Of a stretch of 64,000 bases of DNA, positions 1-12,054 are shown piece after piece (position 1 is the first letter of the stretch; every line of letters starts with the position of its first letter). The DNA lies in contig NW_027117343.1 of assembly GCF_038025025.1 (NCBI RefSeq), forward strand, positions 682,001-746,000. The letters run 5' to 3'. The notes beneath the pieces were generated by a model. That model did no database searches. It was not told the DNA's origin and saw only the letters and a program-made list of their open reading frames with translations. This DNA is from Phyllosticta citribraziliensis (Eukaryota). The position numbers and the translations under genes were made by a program.

Positions 1-377
1 CGCAAGAGCGAGCAGACGTTGGTATAAGCTTTGAGGAAAGCTTTGGGGGAGAAACGTGTCTTGCTCAGAGACATGTCGTCGTCGGCGCGACGTCATTTGG
101 ATGTGGGACGGTGAGGACGTAGTCTGAGACGTGGGGAGGCGAGTTTCAGTCTCTCTTCCTCACGCTTGTTCGTGGTCCGTTCTCGTGGTGTTTTTGAATA
201 TGTGATCGCCATCTGGATGCGGACAGATGGCGTGTTGTAACTTGAGTGATAGCTTGTCTGCTCTCTCGCAAAACGCGCATGTACTTTTCCGTACCGAACC
301 CTAGAAGCACCCGACCAACTCCGGCAAATGCACTCGAATGGACCCTCCAACGCCGTCTTCTCTCGGGCAAGGCTTCG

Positions 378-1189
378 CTAGAGCGTCTTCAAGACCTTGG
401 CCACGACGTCGCGCTGGCCGTCGACGCCCAAGCCCTCGCGATCCGCCTCCTGCAGCGCGCGGCCCACGGCCAACACCACCTTGACGCCCTCGTCGCTCTC
501 GACCCACACGCGGCCGTTCCTGCCGACGGCCATCTCGAAGCGGACGCGCTCGGCCAAGGCCTCGAGCACGACGACGCGGCCGGGGCCGCCGTCCTCGGCG
601 GCGGCGTCCTTCTTCGGCGGCGGCATGAGCAGGCGCCGCGCCATGGCCGGGCTGACGTCGAACACCATGCCGCCCTTGAGCGGGCCCAGCCCGTCGGCCT
701 TGCCCGTCGTCGCGCTCAGGCACTCCAGCTCCGGATCCATGTGCTTGGAGGCGGCGGCGACGCGGGCGTAGACGAGGGCGCCGGGCGCCAGGATCGGGCG
801 CGTCTTCTTGGTTGCGTTTTCGAAGGCGAGGTGCGGCAGCGTTGCGCAGGGCGTGTGCGGCGTCAGGGCGCAGTGGTAGGCGTCGGTGCTCGAGTGGTGC
901 ACTTGGGCGATGACGAGGTCGTTGGTGTGCGGCATGTACTGCGGATAGTCTTGTCAGACGGGCTGATGGCGTGGAGAGACTGGGGACTCACGCGACCGCT
1001 GTTGTATTCAACCCATACGCCGTTCTTCTTGCTGTCGACGTTAAGCGTGCCCGCGACTGTCGCCGTGATGGTCGACGGCGGCGTGTGCCGCACGCCTGGC
1101 CCCAGTTTGAGCGGCTTGTCGGCATTCTTGGAGGTTGGAAGCAGTGAAGGAGGGATCTCCTCTCCCGGGAGCACGACTTCGACGGCCAT
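378..1189 (-). CDS. RRP40: Exosome cap subunit Rrp40 (S1/KH domains); 2 exons, intron 939-991
   Basis: MAVEVVLPGE..LKLGPG..VWVEYNSGR joins YMPHTNDLVIAQV..LAFENATKKTRP..DPELEC..FEMAVGRNGRVWV across a GTGAGT..CAG intron; these motifs are typical of Rrp40. Confidence 0.93.
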
Positions 1190-1451
1190 TTTCTTGCCAA
1201 TGCGCGCTCGACGTTTTGGTTGTCGCAGGTAGCTTTTTCTGTCGGCATGGACCGCCAGTGATGATGTCAGTTTATCCGACGTTCTGCCATGCGGCCGCGG
1301 CCAATTTTTAAAACCATTTGCTGGACATCTGCTTCCACAACACCTTTACTCGAGATACACCGCCCCTCCCCCTCTCCCACGCCCCGTCGAGTTGGAGCGT
1401 CCTTGATCGACCACCTTCAGTCCTATAATCGGAAACGAGATACCTTTCAAA

Positions 1452-3347
1452 ATGAGCGCGGAAGAGAGTGGTCCGTCCAGGGTTGCCATTGGTATTTCCT
1501 TTGGCAACTCGTACAGTTCTATTGCCAGCGTCAATGCTGTACGTCTTTGTCCATATCAGGAGAAAATGGGAGAGGTACTAACTTCATGTAGGAGGGCAAG
1601 GCTCAGGTCATCGCCAACGAGGAAGGAGGTCAGTTGATATTCTTAGTCGACCAGCGGTCCGCGCAAAGAATGCCCAGCTAATCAAATCTCTTTCAGACCG
1701 TCAAATCCCGACCATCCTCTCCTACGTTGCTGGCGAGGAGTTCCACGGCACCCAGGCCAAGGCACAGTTGATCCGCAACCCCAAGAACACCGTCGCCTAC
1801 TTTAGAGATTTCCTTGGCCAAGAGTACGGTCCCGTTTCGCCCTCTGTTGCGCCCACAAGGCTAATGAATGCTGCAGCTTCAAGTCGATAGACCCCACCCA
1901 CAGCCACCAGTCCGCACACCCCAAGGAGCACGAATCCACAATCGCCTTCTCGATCAAGGACACTGAGGAGGACAAGGAGAACACCCGCACCATTTCTGAG
2001 ATCACCACGAGGCATGTCCGCAGGCTGAAGAACTCGGCCTCCGACTACCTGGGCAAGACCGTCACCGCCGCCGTCGTCACGGTCCCCACCAACTTCACCG
2101 AGGCTCAGAAGGAGGCTCTGGTCAAGGCCGCAAAGGACGCCGAGCTTGAGATTTTGCAATTCATCAACGAGCCCACCTCTGCCCTCCTTGCCTACGATGC
2201 CAGGCCCGAGGCCGAGGTTTCGGACAAGATTGTCGTTGTCGCAGACTTTGGCGGCACCCGCTCCGACGTTGCCGTCATTGCTTCAAGAGGAGGCATGTAC
2301 AGCATTCTGGCCACCGTCCACGACTACGAGACCGCCGGCGCGCAGCTCGACCAGGTCCTGATGGACTACTTTGCCAAGGAGTTTATCAAGAAGCACAAGT
2401 CGGACCCCCGCCAAAACGAGCGCGGCCTGGCCAAGCTCAAGATGGAGTCTGAGGCTGTCAAGAAGGCGCTCAGCATCGGCCAAACCGCAAACTTTAGCGT
2501 TGAGAGCTTGACCGACGGCATCGACTACACTGCCACGGTCAACCGCACCCGCTACGAGCTTCTTGCGAACAAGCACTTTGCCAGCCTCACCCGCCTGGTG
2601 ACGCACGCCGTCGAGAAGGCCCAGCTCGACGTCCTCGACATTGACGAGGTCATCCTTTCCGGTGGCACTTCGCACACCCCCAAGGTCGCCCGCAGCATCC
2701 AGCTCGCATTCCCCAAGAGCACCGTCGTCCAGGCCCCCGCGACCTCGACCGCGGCCATCAACCCCTCCGAGCTGGCTGCCCGTGGCGCCGCCATCCAGGC
2801 CTCCCTCATCCAGGAGTTCGACACCGAGGACATTGAGCAGAGCACCCACCCCATGGTCACGCTCACTCCCCACCTCACCAAGGCCATCGGCGTCCTCTGC
2901 ATCTCCGAGACGACCGAGCACGGCATCTTCAGCCCTCTGGTCGCGGCCGAGACGCCGGTCCCCATCCGCAAGACGGCCGTCATCGGCACTCCCCGCGAGG
3001 GCGGCGACGTGCTCGTCAAGATCTGCGAGGGCCTGCGCGAAATCAAGGTCGAGAAGCCCGAGCCCAAGGCCAAGGCGAATGGCGGCGCCGACAAGGACGA
3101 CGAGGACGACTCGGATCTGGACGACAGCGACGACGAGCCCGAGGAGATCCGCAGCAAGGTGTGGAAGGCGGGCAGCGTGCTGGCCGAGGTGGCGCTCAAG
3201 GGCGTCAAGAAGGGCGCCAAGGTCGAGGTGCAGCTCAACATCGGCGCCGACCTGGCCGTCAACGTCGTGGCCCGCGAGGTGGGCGCCAAGGGCGGCGTCA
3301 GGGGCAGCATCGAGAAGCCGGCCGTCGTCGAGAACGGCAGCGCATAA
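1452..3347 (+). CDS. SSZ1: Ribosome-associated complex Hsp70-like subunit Ssz1; 4 exons
   Basis: AIGISFGNSYSSIA, VIANEEGDRQIPT, INEPTSALLAY, VADFGGTRSD, ILSGGTSHTPK. The C-terminus is short and lacks the Hsp70 lid, as in Ssz1. Three short GT-AG introns lie between 1539 and ~1876. Confidence 0.92.
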
Positions 3348-4230
3348 GATTTCTTCTTCTCCCTCCTCGTTTCTTTTAGACAAGTAGAACGTCGTTTTGT
3401 TTTCTTCTTCCAGAGGTGGACGAGCAGCAGCGTGCGTCTGAACATGGCATTTTGAGTGGCATTCTGATCGATGTGTGTGCGTGTGGGTTGAGTTGAGTTG
3501 AGTTGGAAAAGGAAGCAGAACGAGAGGAGAGAGGAGAGAGTGTGTGGGAGACAAAAATCGCAATAAAGGCAAAAGACAGACTCAGAGCCGCAGGATAGGA
3601 TAGCTTCAATGGTTGGTCACTATTTATGAGAGACTGGCGTTCGAGCGGCGACGGGCTTAGATCTGGACGTAGACATACATTATCCCTTTTTTCGTTCCTT
3701 CACCTTGATCATGATTTATCTTTTGCAAGTGTCTTGTGCGGTTTTGGCTTGTAGGTCGTGTCGTGTGGTGATAGTGAAGAAAAACCGCGTGCATGCATGC
3801 GTGGGTGCTCGTAATTCCTGCGTCGTAAAAGGTATTTTAGGCATTTGGTTGGATCGCTTGCTGGCTTGATGCTGGCTTTGCTGTGACTTCCATCGATTCC
3901 AGATCTTCCCCGGCTGATGTGCCTGCCCTGATGGATAATTAATTTCACCTCTACGCCGGGTGTTGGAAAAGATGACAGCTCAATAGGTCTCCGTCGCAAT
4001 GGGAGCTGGCTGTTGTCTGTCACTACAGTTGTGCCTATTTGGGTCGCTGGCGTTTGCTATTTCGGCTAGACTCAGGGAAAGTCACTTCTTCTGGCATTCA
4101 ATGTCCCCCCGTTGCTTGAGCACTGCTGTGATCGAGACAACCGACAGCGGCATCACCACCATCTTAAGGCCATCCTCGCCACGCCTGCCTTCCCTGATGC
4201 CTTGAAGAGCTCGGCTCGGCTCGGCGCCGA

Positions 4231-5538
4231 TTAACACACATGCTCCGGCTCGCCGGCGTCCTCCTCGCGCGGGCCCAAGTCGGACCGCAGCGCGCGGTTG
4301 AACAGCTCGAGCAGCATCTGGAAGCAGATTCCCGAGATGGCGGGGTCGTAGCGGCCCTTAGAGAGCTCGTCGCGGATGAAGGCGTCTGGTCATTGATTGG
4401 GTTAGTCATAGGTACTAGATGCTTGGGAGAGGGCAGGGGATGAGAGGGGAGAGAAAGAGGTGGCATACGCTGCGCCCACTCGGGCTCGTAGAAGCTGAAC
4501 TTGATGCCCGCGTCGTGCAGCGTCTTGCGGATCAGGTCGCGGCCGGCGGGCGGGACGTGAGTGTCCTTTTTGCCGAAGATCTGGGCGGGGTGGAGACGTA
4601 AGCATGTATACCTTTACACACACAGCACACCGCGAGCCTTTGCAGCTTGACAGTCAGACTCTACTCACCATGACCAGCTCGCCCTTGATATCCTTGACTC
4701 TCTGCAACGAATCATCGTTCTTGCCCTTGCCCAAACTGCGGCTGTGGATGTCGGTAGCAAAATAGCACACGGCGGCCGACACGCGGCTGTCGAGCGCGCA
4801 GCGGTACGCCAGGTGTCCGCCCAGGCACATGCCCGTGGCGCCGACGCGGCCGTTGCTCTGCGGCAGCGAGAGCAGCAGCGACACGGACAGCTCGGCGTCT
4901 TCGTCGTACGCTGACACCTCCTTTTCGATCTTCCATGCGTTGCCCGCGTCGGTGCCTGGCCCGTCGTACGCCAGGGGCGCGGGGCCGGTGAATTCGTGGT
5001 AGGAGGATGGCGCCGCGACGATGTAGCCGTGCGACGCGATTTGACGGGCGAAGCGTTGGACGGGTCCAGTCACTGGTGAGGTGCTGGGTTAGAGAGTGTT
5101 TTGATGGAGATGGTGTGACTGTGTAGTAAAGAAAAGGACAGAAAATAAGACATGAACTAGCTGGTCGAAGGTATCGAGAGTACTGATGGCCCTTCATTTC
5201 TTGAGTTTCCCCCGCCAAAGAAAACGAGAATGGGAGATGCTAATGAAAAGAGATGGAAGGACTTTTCCAGAAAAACACAAAAAGGAATGAGGCGGAGCTG
5301 CTCCATAGAACAACCCAACCAAATCATTTACCTTGGTAGATCTCACTGAACACGACAACACCCGGAAACTTGGCCTTGGGGTAGCCAGGCACAACAGGCT
5401 TGAACAAGAAGACGCCTACAAAAAGCACTCAGCACGTCTGATCTCTCTCACAAAGCGGCAGCTGCGGGCGGGCGGGGTCATACGCATGTCTCCACCGGCC
5501 TTGGTGGGCACATCTTGGTGGCTTTCTTCAATGAGCAT
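4231..5538 (-). CDS. Dienelactone hydrolase family (carboxymethylenebutenolidase-like), multi-exon
   Basis: MLIEESHQDVPTK..FPGVVVFSEIYQVTGPV..nucleophile motif GMCLGGHL..YFATDIH..IFGKKDTHVP..ends EPEHVC*. Exons join at GT-AG sites. Confidence 0.88.
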
Positions 5539-6503
5539 TTTGCTGTACAGTCGGAGAGTTGGGCGTAATGCTGGTCTTCTCTCTTTGGTTGTGCTGTTGT
5601 GCGGAGGTTGGTCTGTCGTTGCTGCGTCGTCATTTATTTGGCCCGACGTCCACCGAGGCCGGCGGCCACGACTTTTGGCGTCGTGACTGCTGCCCGCATC
5701 GTCATCAGCCTCAAAGATTTATCTGAATCTGCCGTGCTCGGTGTTGAAAGACATGTGACTGCTTGAGTCTGGTCGTAGTGATTAGTGACAGCTCCTCAAG
5801 CGCATCTGAGGTAGTGGAGGATAATCCCCTGGCCACAACTACGGCAGTTGACTATTATTGTGTTTGGCGTGAGCTTAGAAGTCGCATTTCTTTCAACACC
5901 AATTGTACTGCGATTAGTTGCGATATGATTGCATTGACTCAAAGACTCTTTCCTTCTATTGCGTTAAAAATTTGTAGGGAGAGAGTGTCTTAGCGGGGCT
6001 CACCTGAGTATCTGTTTCTCGTTTCTCTTCTTACTTCCGAAAAAAGCCAATTGAAGAAATCGACACAGATATATTCTGTTTCCCCAAGATTATTTGCAAC
6101 AAAAGACTATGTTCAAAGACTTTGACACGTTTTACTGTTTATAATTATTATGAACAACTAATTGATGTCAATGCAAGCACGCAGGTATTTAGGGCCGTTT
6201 CATCTTCGAGAACCGACACATCCTGCCGTGAAGAGGGTGTTACATCCAAACGTTCGACTTTCATCCACAACAGACCAGAGCCCAGGGAGGGGAAATCATC
6301 AAAGGGCCAGCGCGATAGTATCAAGTAAATCAAGCGTCTCGAGATTCAAATTGAGCATATGCTACGAAGATTCCTCCGGCACATGCGCAACTGACGTCTA
6401 TTAACCCTAACAGGCACCCTCTTCCTCGCGAAATCTTCCTGCGCCGCATTTCACTTCGCGCGCAACTCCACAAGCCTCTAAACAGAAATCTCTGGCGAAA
6501 GCA

Positions 6504-7453
6504 TCATCCATGTCCTTTCCAACAGCGACTATGTACTGGCATGAATCTGACCAAGCACGCCAAGAATACATGTACTTGTCGACGAATTTGGTGCGGATTG
6601 GCGGTTGGGTTTGGCTCATACTGTGATACCTGCTGCTTAGGATGCGGTCGCCTGTTGAACTTATGGTTGAATGGCATCGCTGGCCCCATTTTCGTTGAAG
6701 GGATAGACCGGGGAGCCTATTCCTCTTGTTGCGTAGGTATGTGCTGAGGCTCGAAATCGAGTCGCTCGAAGCGATGCTCGTCTTCCAACGATACTGTGGT
6801 CAGCTTGGGATGCCGTGGTTCGTCGGCCGCGTCATAGAGACCGCGCGTGCTCTTCATGCCGGCTGGAATTTATGCGTGGAGGCTCGGGAACGAGGTCCTC
6901 CAGATAATGCTCGTCTTCGGGTAACATTCGAGTCTGCTGTGGGTGAAGCGCGATGAGGTCAGATCGTGGGTCGAAAACGAGTTGCCTCAAACGACGCTCA
7001 TCTTGGGGTGACGTTCTACTCTGCCGATGCTCCGGTATGGTGAGGCTAGGTCGAGGCTCAAAAACAATCATCTCCTGCCAACGTGCTTCTTCAGGTGACA
7101 GAGTGGGCTGCTCTTTTTCGGGTATCATGGTTCTTCCTCCAACTTGTGATACAATGGGTTGCCGAGGGGTGTGGCTGCAGTTGATTTTTGTTGGAATCCT
7201 GGTAATTGGGACACTTTCTGGGGCGGCAGAGCAACAGTCGACTCGTCTAATGAGACTCCTGTAGATGCTGATGGGAGCAAGGAGTCTTCTTCTGGAGGCA
7301 GCTGGTTCCCGGAGTACACTGTTGCGTTGATGCCATGTATACCTTGTCTTGAATGTGGCTGTTTTGTAGTCGGTGGGCGTTATAATGATGGATGGGAGCG
7401 CTACAAACACTTACCGCGTCGTCAAAGCCTTTCGGATTGTTGCATGGAACCAA
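6504..7453 (-). pseudogene. Candidate degraded orphan gene with an internal ~18-aa repeat motif, frameshifts and in-frame stops
   Basis: The motif xxEDE[RH]xLxxLxF[ED]P recurs four times clearly (plus one weaker copy) across two frames joined by a frameshift near 6835. An in-frame TAG at 6717-6719 is followed by further open frame. No family is recognisable and the boundaries are approximate. Confidence 0.4.
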
Positions 7454-8377
7454 TGGGGAGACCAGCTCTAGAGTTTCGAGGCGGGCACAAAGAGAGTTAA
7501 GAGGGAGTTTGTTGCTGTCAAAGGAATGCGGACTTGAAGAAAAGAGTGAAGTTGATTTGAGACATCTTACCTACAAATATGTACACCCGCTTTAGCAAGG
7601 ATGTCAGCATCGCTCTCACGGTTCAATAATCTCACAGTTCCATAGGCAGGCAAGGCAAGGGAGGCTGTAACGCGTGGCGGAAGTCAAATGCCTCTGGAAA
7701 TCGCGTATATGCTCACGAGTGCTGCAACCCACAACTTATGCTGACAATGGAGCTGGACAGGTAGACCACGTCTTAAGCGCAAGTTTCCAGCGGTCCGGAG
7801 CAACGGGATTCAAGAAGGTAACACCCGTGTCGTCATACAGTAGACAGGATACAACTGGTGGCGCATTGTGTACCCTCGAAGCACAAGTATAGATCGGTCG
7901 GACTCGGTTTCGATTGATTGGCATGGAGCCTATGGCTGGTTAAACAGGTGATTCTGCGGCTTGATCCAGGATTGAAGTCGAAACAGGCGCAAGCCGGACG
8001 TGACGAGATCGAAAGACGAATGCGGGCGCGGACCTTCTGATATGAGTGTATTTGACCGTCAAAGGTGGTATCTCGCTCTCTATTCTCTTCAACGAATCCT
8101 TGACCGAGGGCTGCATGGCTTTTGACGCGGAGGAGCAATTCCATTGGGCAAGTTCTCTGATCTCTGAATCCCATCACATTTTTGAGAATCAAGTCCTCTG
8201 GACGTTTCCATAAAGCCCAGAAAAGAAGCAAGCAGCATGACGAATGCCCGCCCAGAAAATGCTCCGATTTGTGAGTTATAACCCTGTTGTTTCACAAATC
8301 CATCGCGCCTTTTGGTAATCCACCGTTGAACTCTCGTCCGCCTACGACACCATCATCCCGAAGACCGAAGAGGAAAT

Positions 8378-8910
8378 TTACGCCTTGGTCTGGCGCTTGG
8401 CGACACCGGTCTGGAAGTTGTTGCTGGCGCGGCGGGGGAGGTTCTTCATGTACCTCATGCGGCCGGAACCGGTGGTGTGCCTTCTCTTGGCCTTCTCGCC
8501 CCAGTTGACTGCATCGACCTAGTCAGTGATGTTCTCGAAAAAAAGGGCTCTGATTGCGAATATCGTTCCGGGGATGTTCGAATGGGTCGGGGTGATCGAA
8601 GGGCAAACGTACAGCCACGGGTCTTGGCCGCGGGGTAACCGCAGGAAGCGCAGGTGTGCTTCTGGATGTGGAGAGAGCGGCGACCTGAAAATCGCTCCTG
8701 TTAGTCCTTGTCCTCAATCCCACTCGCTCGCGTCCTCCACCGAGCCTGTCGTTGATTCCTGGGACGGTACTAACCGCAACGCCTGCAGAGGGTGTGCGTC
8801 TTGTTGTGGCGCTTGCCGAAGCTGGAGGTACCCTTCGCTGTTTAGGCCGTCAGTCTCGTGGATTGCGATCGTGGTGGTTGGCGCGCAGCGGCGGACGGCG
8901 ACATACTCAT
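8378..8910 (-). CDS. RPL37: 60S ribosomal protein L37 (eL37); exons 8910-8907, 8837-8775, 8684-8613, 8508-8378
   Basis: Manual splicing gives [89 protein letters not shown]. The C4 zinc finger is intact and all three introns are GT-AG. Not in the ORF track. Confidence 0.97.
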
Positions 8911-9100
8911 TTTGAATTAGGGACTGTACGAGCGACTGTCAGTAAATTTCGGCGAATGCGAGAGAGCGACAGGGCTGCTGACCGTTGGTGTTGGCTGTCG
9001 TAGCTTCGAGGTGTCGTCGGTGGTGTCGTCCCGGCGGATCACGAAGGCGAAGCGAAAATGCCGACCTGGAGTGTGTCCGCCGGCCTCGCTAAAAAAAAGT

Positions 9101-9112
9101 AGTCACGTGACT
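9101..9112. promoter_or_regulatory. Perfect palindrome AGTCACGTGACT (E-box/Cbf1-type TCACGTG) upstream of RPL37
   Basis: A 12-bp palindrome about 190 bp upstream of the RPL37 ATG, next to an A8 tract. Confidence 0.5.
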
Positions 9113-9438
9113 CCCGTCGACTCCTCCGCTCTCTGGATGCACCCCCTTCCCGTCAACACCTCAAAACCTGATAAAAATTGAAGAGATCATTCAAAGCTTA
9201 AAAGCGAGGTTCCATTGCACAACCTGAAAGCGTCGCGTTGACCGTCTATTTCCGTGCCGATTCCGTCCACGAGTCACCTGTCTTGGACTACCTCCTTCAC
9301 TGATCATGCACAAAGTGGCAATATATTTTGTTTCCATTAAAACCCCTAGCTATGCGTCGATGCAAATACCGCTACCGCTAGCAATCTGCGTATGCATGCT
9401 TTCGCAGTCTCATCCAAAACCAGCTCAGGCGCAAACAA

Positions 9439-10827
9439 TCAGGTCCCCTTGAGCCTACCCCATTCGGCCTTTAGATCAACAAATCCATCCTCTCCTATCA
9501 CCTTGCCTCTATCCCATTCCCTTGCCTCGCCCTTCTTTCTCCATCTGACGTCTTCCTCTGACTTCTCCTTTCCGCTGGCCCACTTTTCAATCTCCTCGTC
9601 AGTGAATCCTGCAGCCTTGAGCCTCTCTGCGCCTTGCTGCTTCCACTTTTGCCTGTCACGGAGAGCTTCCAGCGCCATGTCCCAGTCGTCTTCTTCCTCC
9701 GAGTCAACACGGACATCTTGTGAAGGATCGTAATCTGCCGCAAAGTGTTTGTCGATGGTATTGTTGAAATTGGTAGCGCCGCGGCCGCGTGGTCGAGAGG
9801 CTGCTTGCTCAAGAGAAGGCGGCATAGGCCCCAAGATCTCTTCCAAGGGATCGGTGTCAGAATCATCATGGTCGTCGCCGTGGGTAATGCGGCTCTTTGT
9901 TGGTAGTGCCCGGCTCCTCCTGCCATCGGTAGCATTGTACGCGCGAGTCGAGGATACTGATGAGGAACGTCGCTTCCGCCGCGATTCGTGCCGATTCTTA
10001 GATCTACTCCGCGACCTGTCGGGCGAGTATGACCTTGGCCGTTTTCTTCTACGCGTATCGTCATCGCGACGTCGTCTCCGGTCCTCTGAATGATCTTCTC
10101 TCCGCCTTGACTTGTGTCGCCGCTCCCTGCTGCTCTCGACTGAGGTACTTCTTTGCCTTTCTCGTCGGCTACGTTCAGTGCGATGGCGGCGTTCACCATC
10201 CTGCCCTTCAGAGAGACTTCTATCGCGATCTCTATGGCTCTTTCGATGATGTCGTGACCGTCGCTCGCTGTCTGCGTCCTCGGCGTCGAAATCGTGGTGC
10301 TTGCGCCGCTCTCCACGACTGTCTCGGTCTCGTGTAGATTCGTACTTTGAACTGTGTGAGCTTCTTTCGGCATCGTGTCGTCTCTTTGAAGTCCCGTCTC
10401 TTTGCGTGTCATCGTCACTCGCGTCTACTCGTTGCCTTTTGGAGGGCCGTTCTTGTCGTCCCCGTCTGCTCTTCTCTGCCTCCCGTAAATCTTTTCCTAG
10501 AATTGACTTGGCATCTCTGGGTGCTCTCTTGTTCTTGAGCGACGTCAACCTCGCCTTGGCCTCAGCTTCTTCCTTGGCCAGAAGCGCTGCATTGTGGCTG
10601 TCCGTTTCTCGAAGGATGTTTCGTAAAAAGCGTGTATTAGGCTTCGGAGCTTTGCTTGTAGGCCTAGGAAAGATTAGTTTCAACTGGCAAGTTGAAGGGC
10701 CGCACGAGACAGACCTTTTGGGTAGTACAGCTTCAAGCCCTACAGCCTCGTAGCGGTTGGAGCTTGCCTTTGCATCCTTCTTGAGCAGCTCGGCAACATA
10801 GTCGTCGGTCGGGTCGTCTGCAGGCAT
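9439..10827 (-). CDS. Conserved fungal RS/RD-rich nuclear protein (often annotated as pre-mRNA splicing factor 38B-like); probable intron 10664-10714
   Basis: N-terminal DDYVAELLKKDA..KPNTRFLRNILRETDSHN, an Arg/Ser-rich middle, and C-terminal DDWDMALEALRDRQKWKQQGAERL..REWDRGK. Confidence 0.75.
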   Translation of the reverse strand: MPADDPTDDYVAELLKKDAKASSNRYEAVGLEAVLPKRSVSCGPSTCQLKLIFPRPTSKAPKPNTRFLRNILRETDSHNAALLAKEEAEAKARLTSLKNKRAPRDAKSILGKDLREAEKSRRGRQERPSKRQRVDASDDDTQRDGTSKRRHDAERSSHSSKYESTRDRDSRGERRKHHDFDAEDADSERRSRHHRKSHRDRDRSLSEGQDGERRHRTERSRRERQRSTSVESSRERRHKSRRREDHSEDRRRRRDDDTRRRKRPRSYSPDRSRSRSKNRHESRRKRRSSSVSSTRAYNATDGRRSRALPTKSRITHGDDHDDSDTDPLEEILGPMPPSLEQAASRPRGRGATNFNNTIDKHFAADYDPSQDVRVDSEEEDDWDMALEALRDRQKWKQQGAERLKAAGFTDEEIEKWASGKEKSEEDVRWRKKGEAREWDRGKVIGEDGFVDLKAEWGRLKGT

Positions 10828-11071
10828 TTTGCGGCAAGATCCTCAAAGATCCAGTGCTGCTCCGCCAGAGTAAAGGAGCTGGCGAGGGCGAAGCGCCATT
10901 TGATGATCAGAAACGCGGAGAGAAAGCGGATGGCTGCAGCGACCATCGACGGGCACTCGGGGCAGGCGCTGAGCATGACGTGGGGGCAAGGGTCGCCCGA
11001 AGAAATCCCGCGCGGCGCCTTTGTCGTCGGCGAAACCAGAAGTAAACAAAGCATTCATCACTGCAAGCGAC

Positions 11072-12054
11072 ATGGCAACCACCCCAGAAGCCGCGATCGA
11101 GCGGCTCCAGGAGCTACAGAAGAACCAGAAAATCTCGATCATCGAATTGAGCGACGACTTTGGACCAAAACCGTCTAGCAATGGAACCAAGCGCAACTCT
11201 ACGGGCTCAGACGCGTCCGCCGAGGATGCGGAGCAGGCTACGTCGCCAGCGACTCTGCAGGCAGATTTGATACACTACAAGGTACTGCGCTTGACTTGAT
11301 GGAATGACCCAGAAGGAAAGCTCATTGTCCTAACAGGAACTGTTCTCGAAACTCCGCTTTAGCTATGTCGAGCAAACCACCAAAGAGAAATTCCTCACAG
11401 CCCTCACGATCGACCCGCCGCAATTCGTCGAGCCGCAAGAAAATCTTGAATTGGAAGCCCAACTAGTCGAAGTAAAAGCCAGCCTCAAGGCGCAAAAACT
11501 CCAGGTCGCGGACATGCTCGCCCAGCTCGAGCGCCGCGGCCGCGAACTCAGCCAACGTGAGTCCGCCACGGCCAAGTTTGGGGGATTTTCCTAGCGTGGA
11601 CGTTTGCGCTGAGTGCAAGTATACAGGCTATGAATCAATACAGCTCCGCACGACTGAGCTCTCTTCTCTTCCCTCCCAAATCTCCGACCTCGACGCCACC
11701 ATCTCCTCATTACGCGAAAGCTCTGCTCCCGACCCTGCGAATCCATCCCTCTCTATGCCGCTTCCTGAGACCCTGCAAGCCTTACAAGCACGAGAAGCAG
11801 AAGAGGCAGCTCTTGACAAACAATTGGCCTCCCTACAGGCAGCGGTGCCGCGCAAGACGCGCGAGTTGGAGAGGTTAGAGGCTGAACTCAAACCGCTGGA
11901 GATGCAGCGGAATGGGACAGTGGCAGCGGCGAAAGAGGCGCAGCGGCGAAGGGAAGAAGGCGAGGCAGGCATGGGCGACGACTTGGAGGAGAGAGGGAGA
12001 TGGTTGACGGCAGTGGAGCAGGGCTTGAGGGGCATGTTGGAGGTGGAGAAGTAA
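11072..12054 (+). CDS. Kinetochore protein Sos7/Kre28-like coiled-coil protein; 3 exons
   Basis: DLIHYK|ELFSKLRFSYVEQTTKEKFL motif after splicing, then coiled coil; ends DDLEERGRWL..MLEVEK*. Confidence 0.75.

Noticed and set aside
1..74. Possible minus-strand gene start MSLSKTRFSPKAFLKAYTNVCSLL running off the left edge
   Set aside because: Only 24 codons are visible and no motif is recognisable, so it cannot be supported.
246..1232. 328-aa plus-strand ORF over RRP40
   Set aside because: Antisense shadow of a GC-rich CDS. The same applies to 16987-17640, 28908-29831, 38615-39535 and 42798-43640.
1257..1326. Box C motif GTGATGA in the RRP40-SSZ1 spacer
   Set aside because: There is no properly placed CTGA D box, and the region is a minimal promoter.
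2283..3572. 429-aa ORF antisense to SSZ1
   Set aside because: It is a shadow frame caused by GC-rich codon bias, a familiar artefact opposite Hsp70 genes, and shows no independent motifs.
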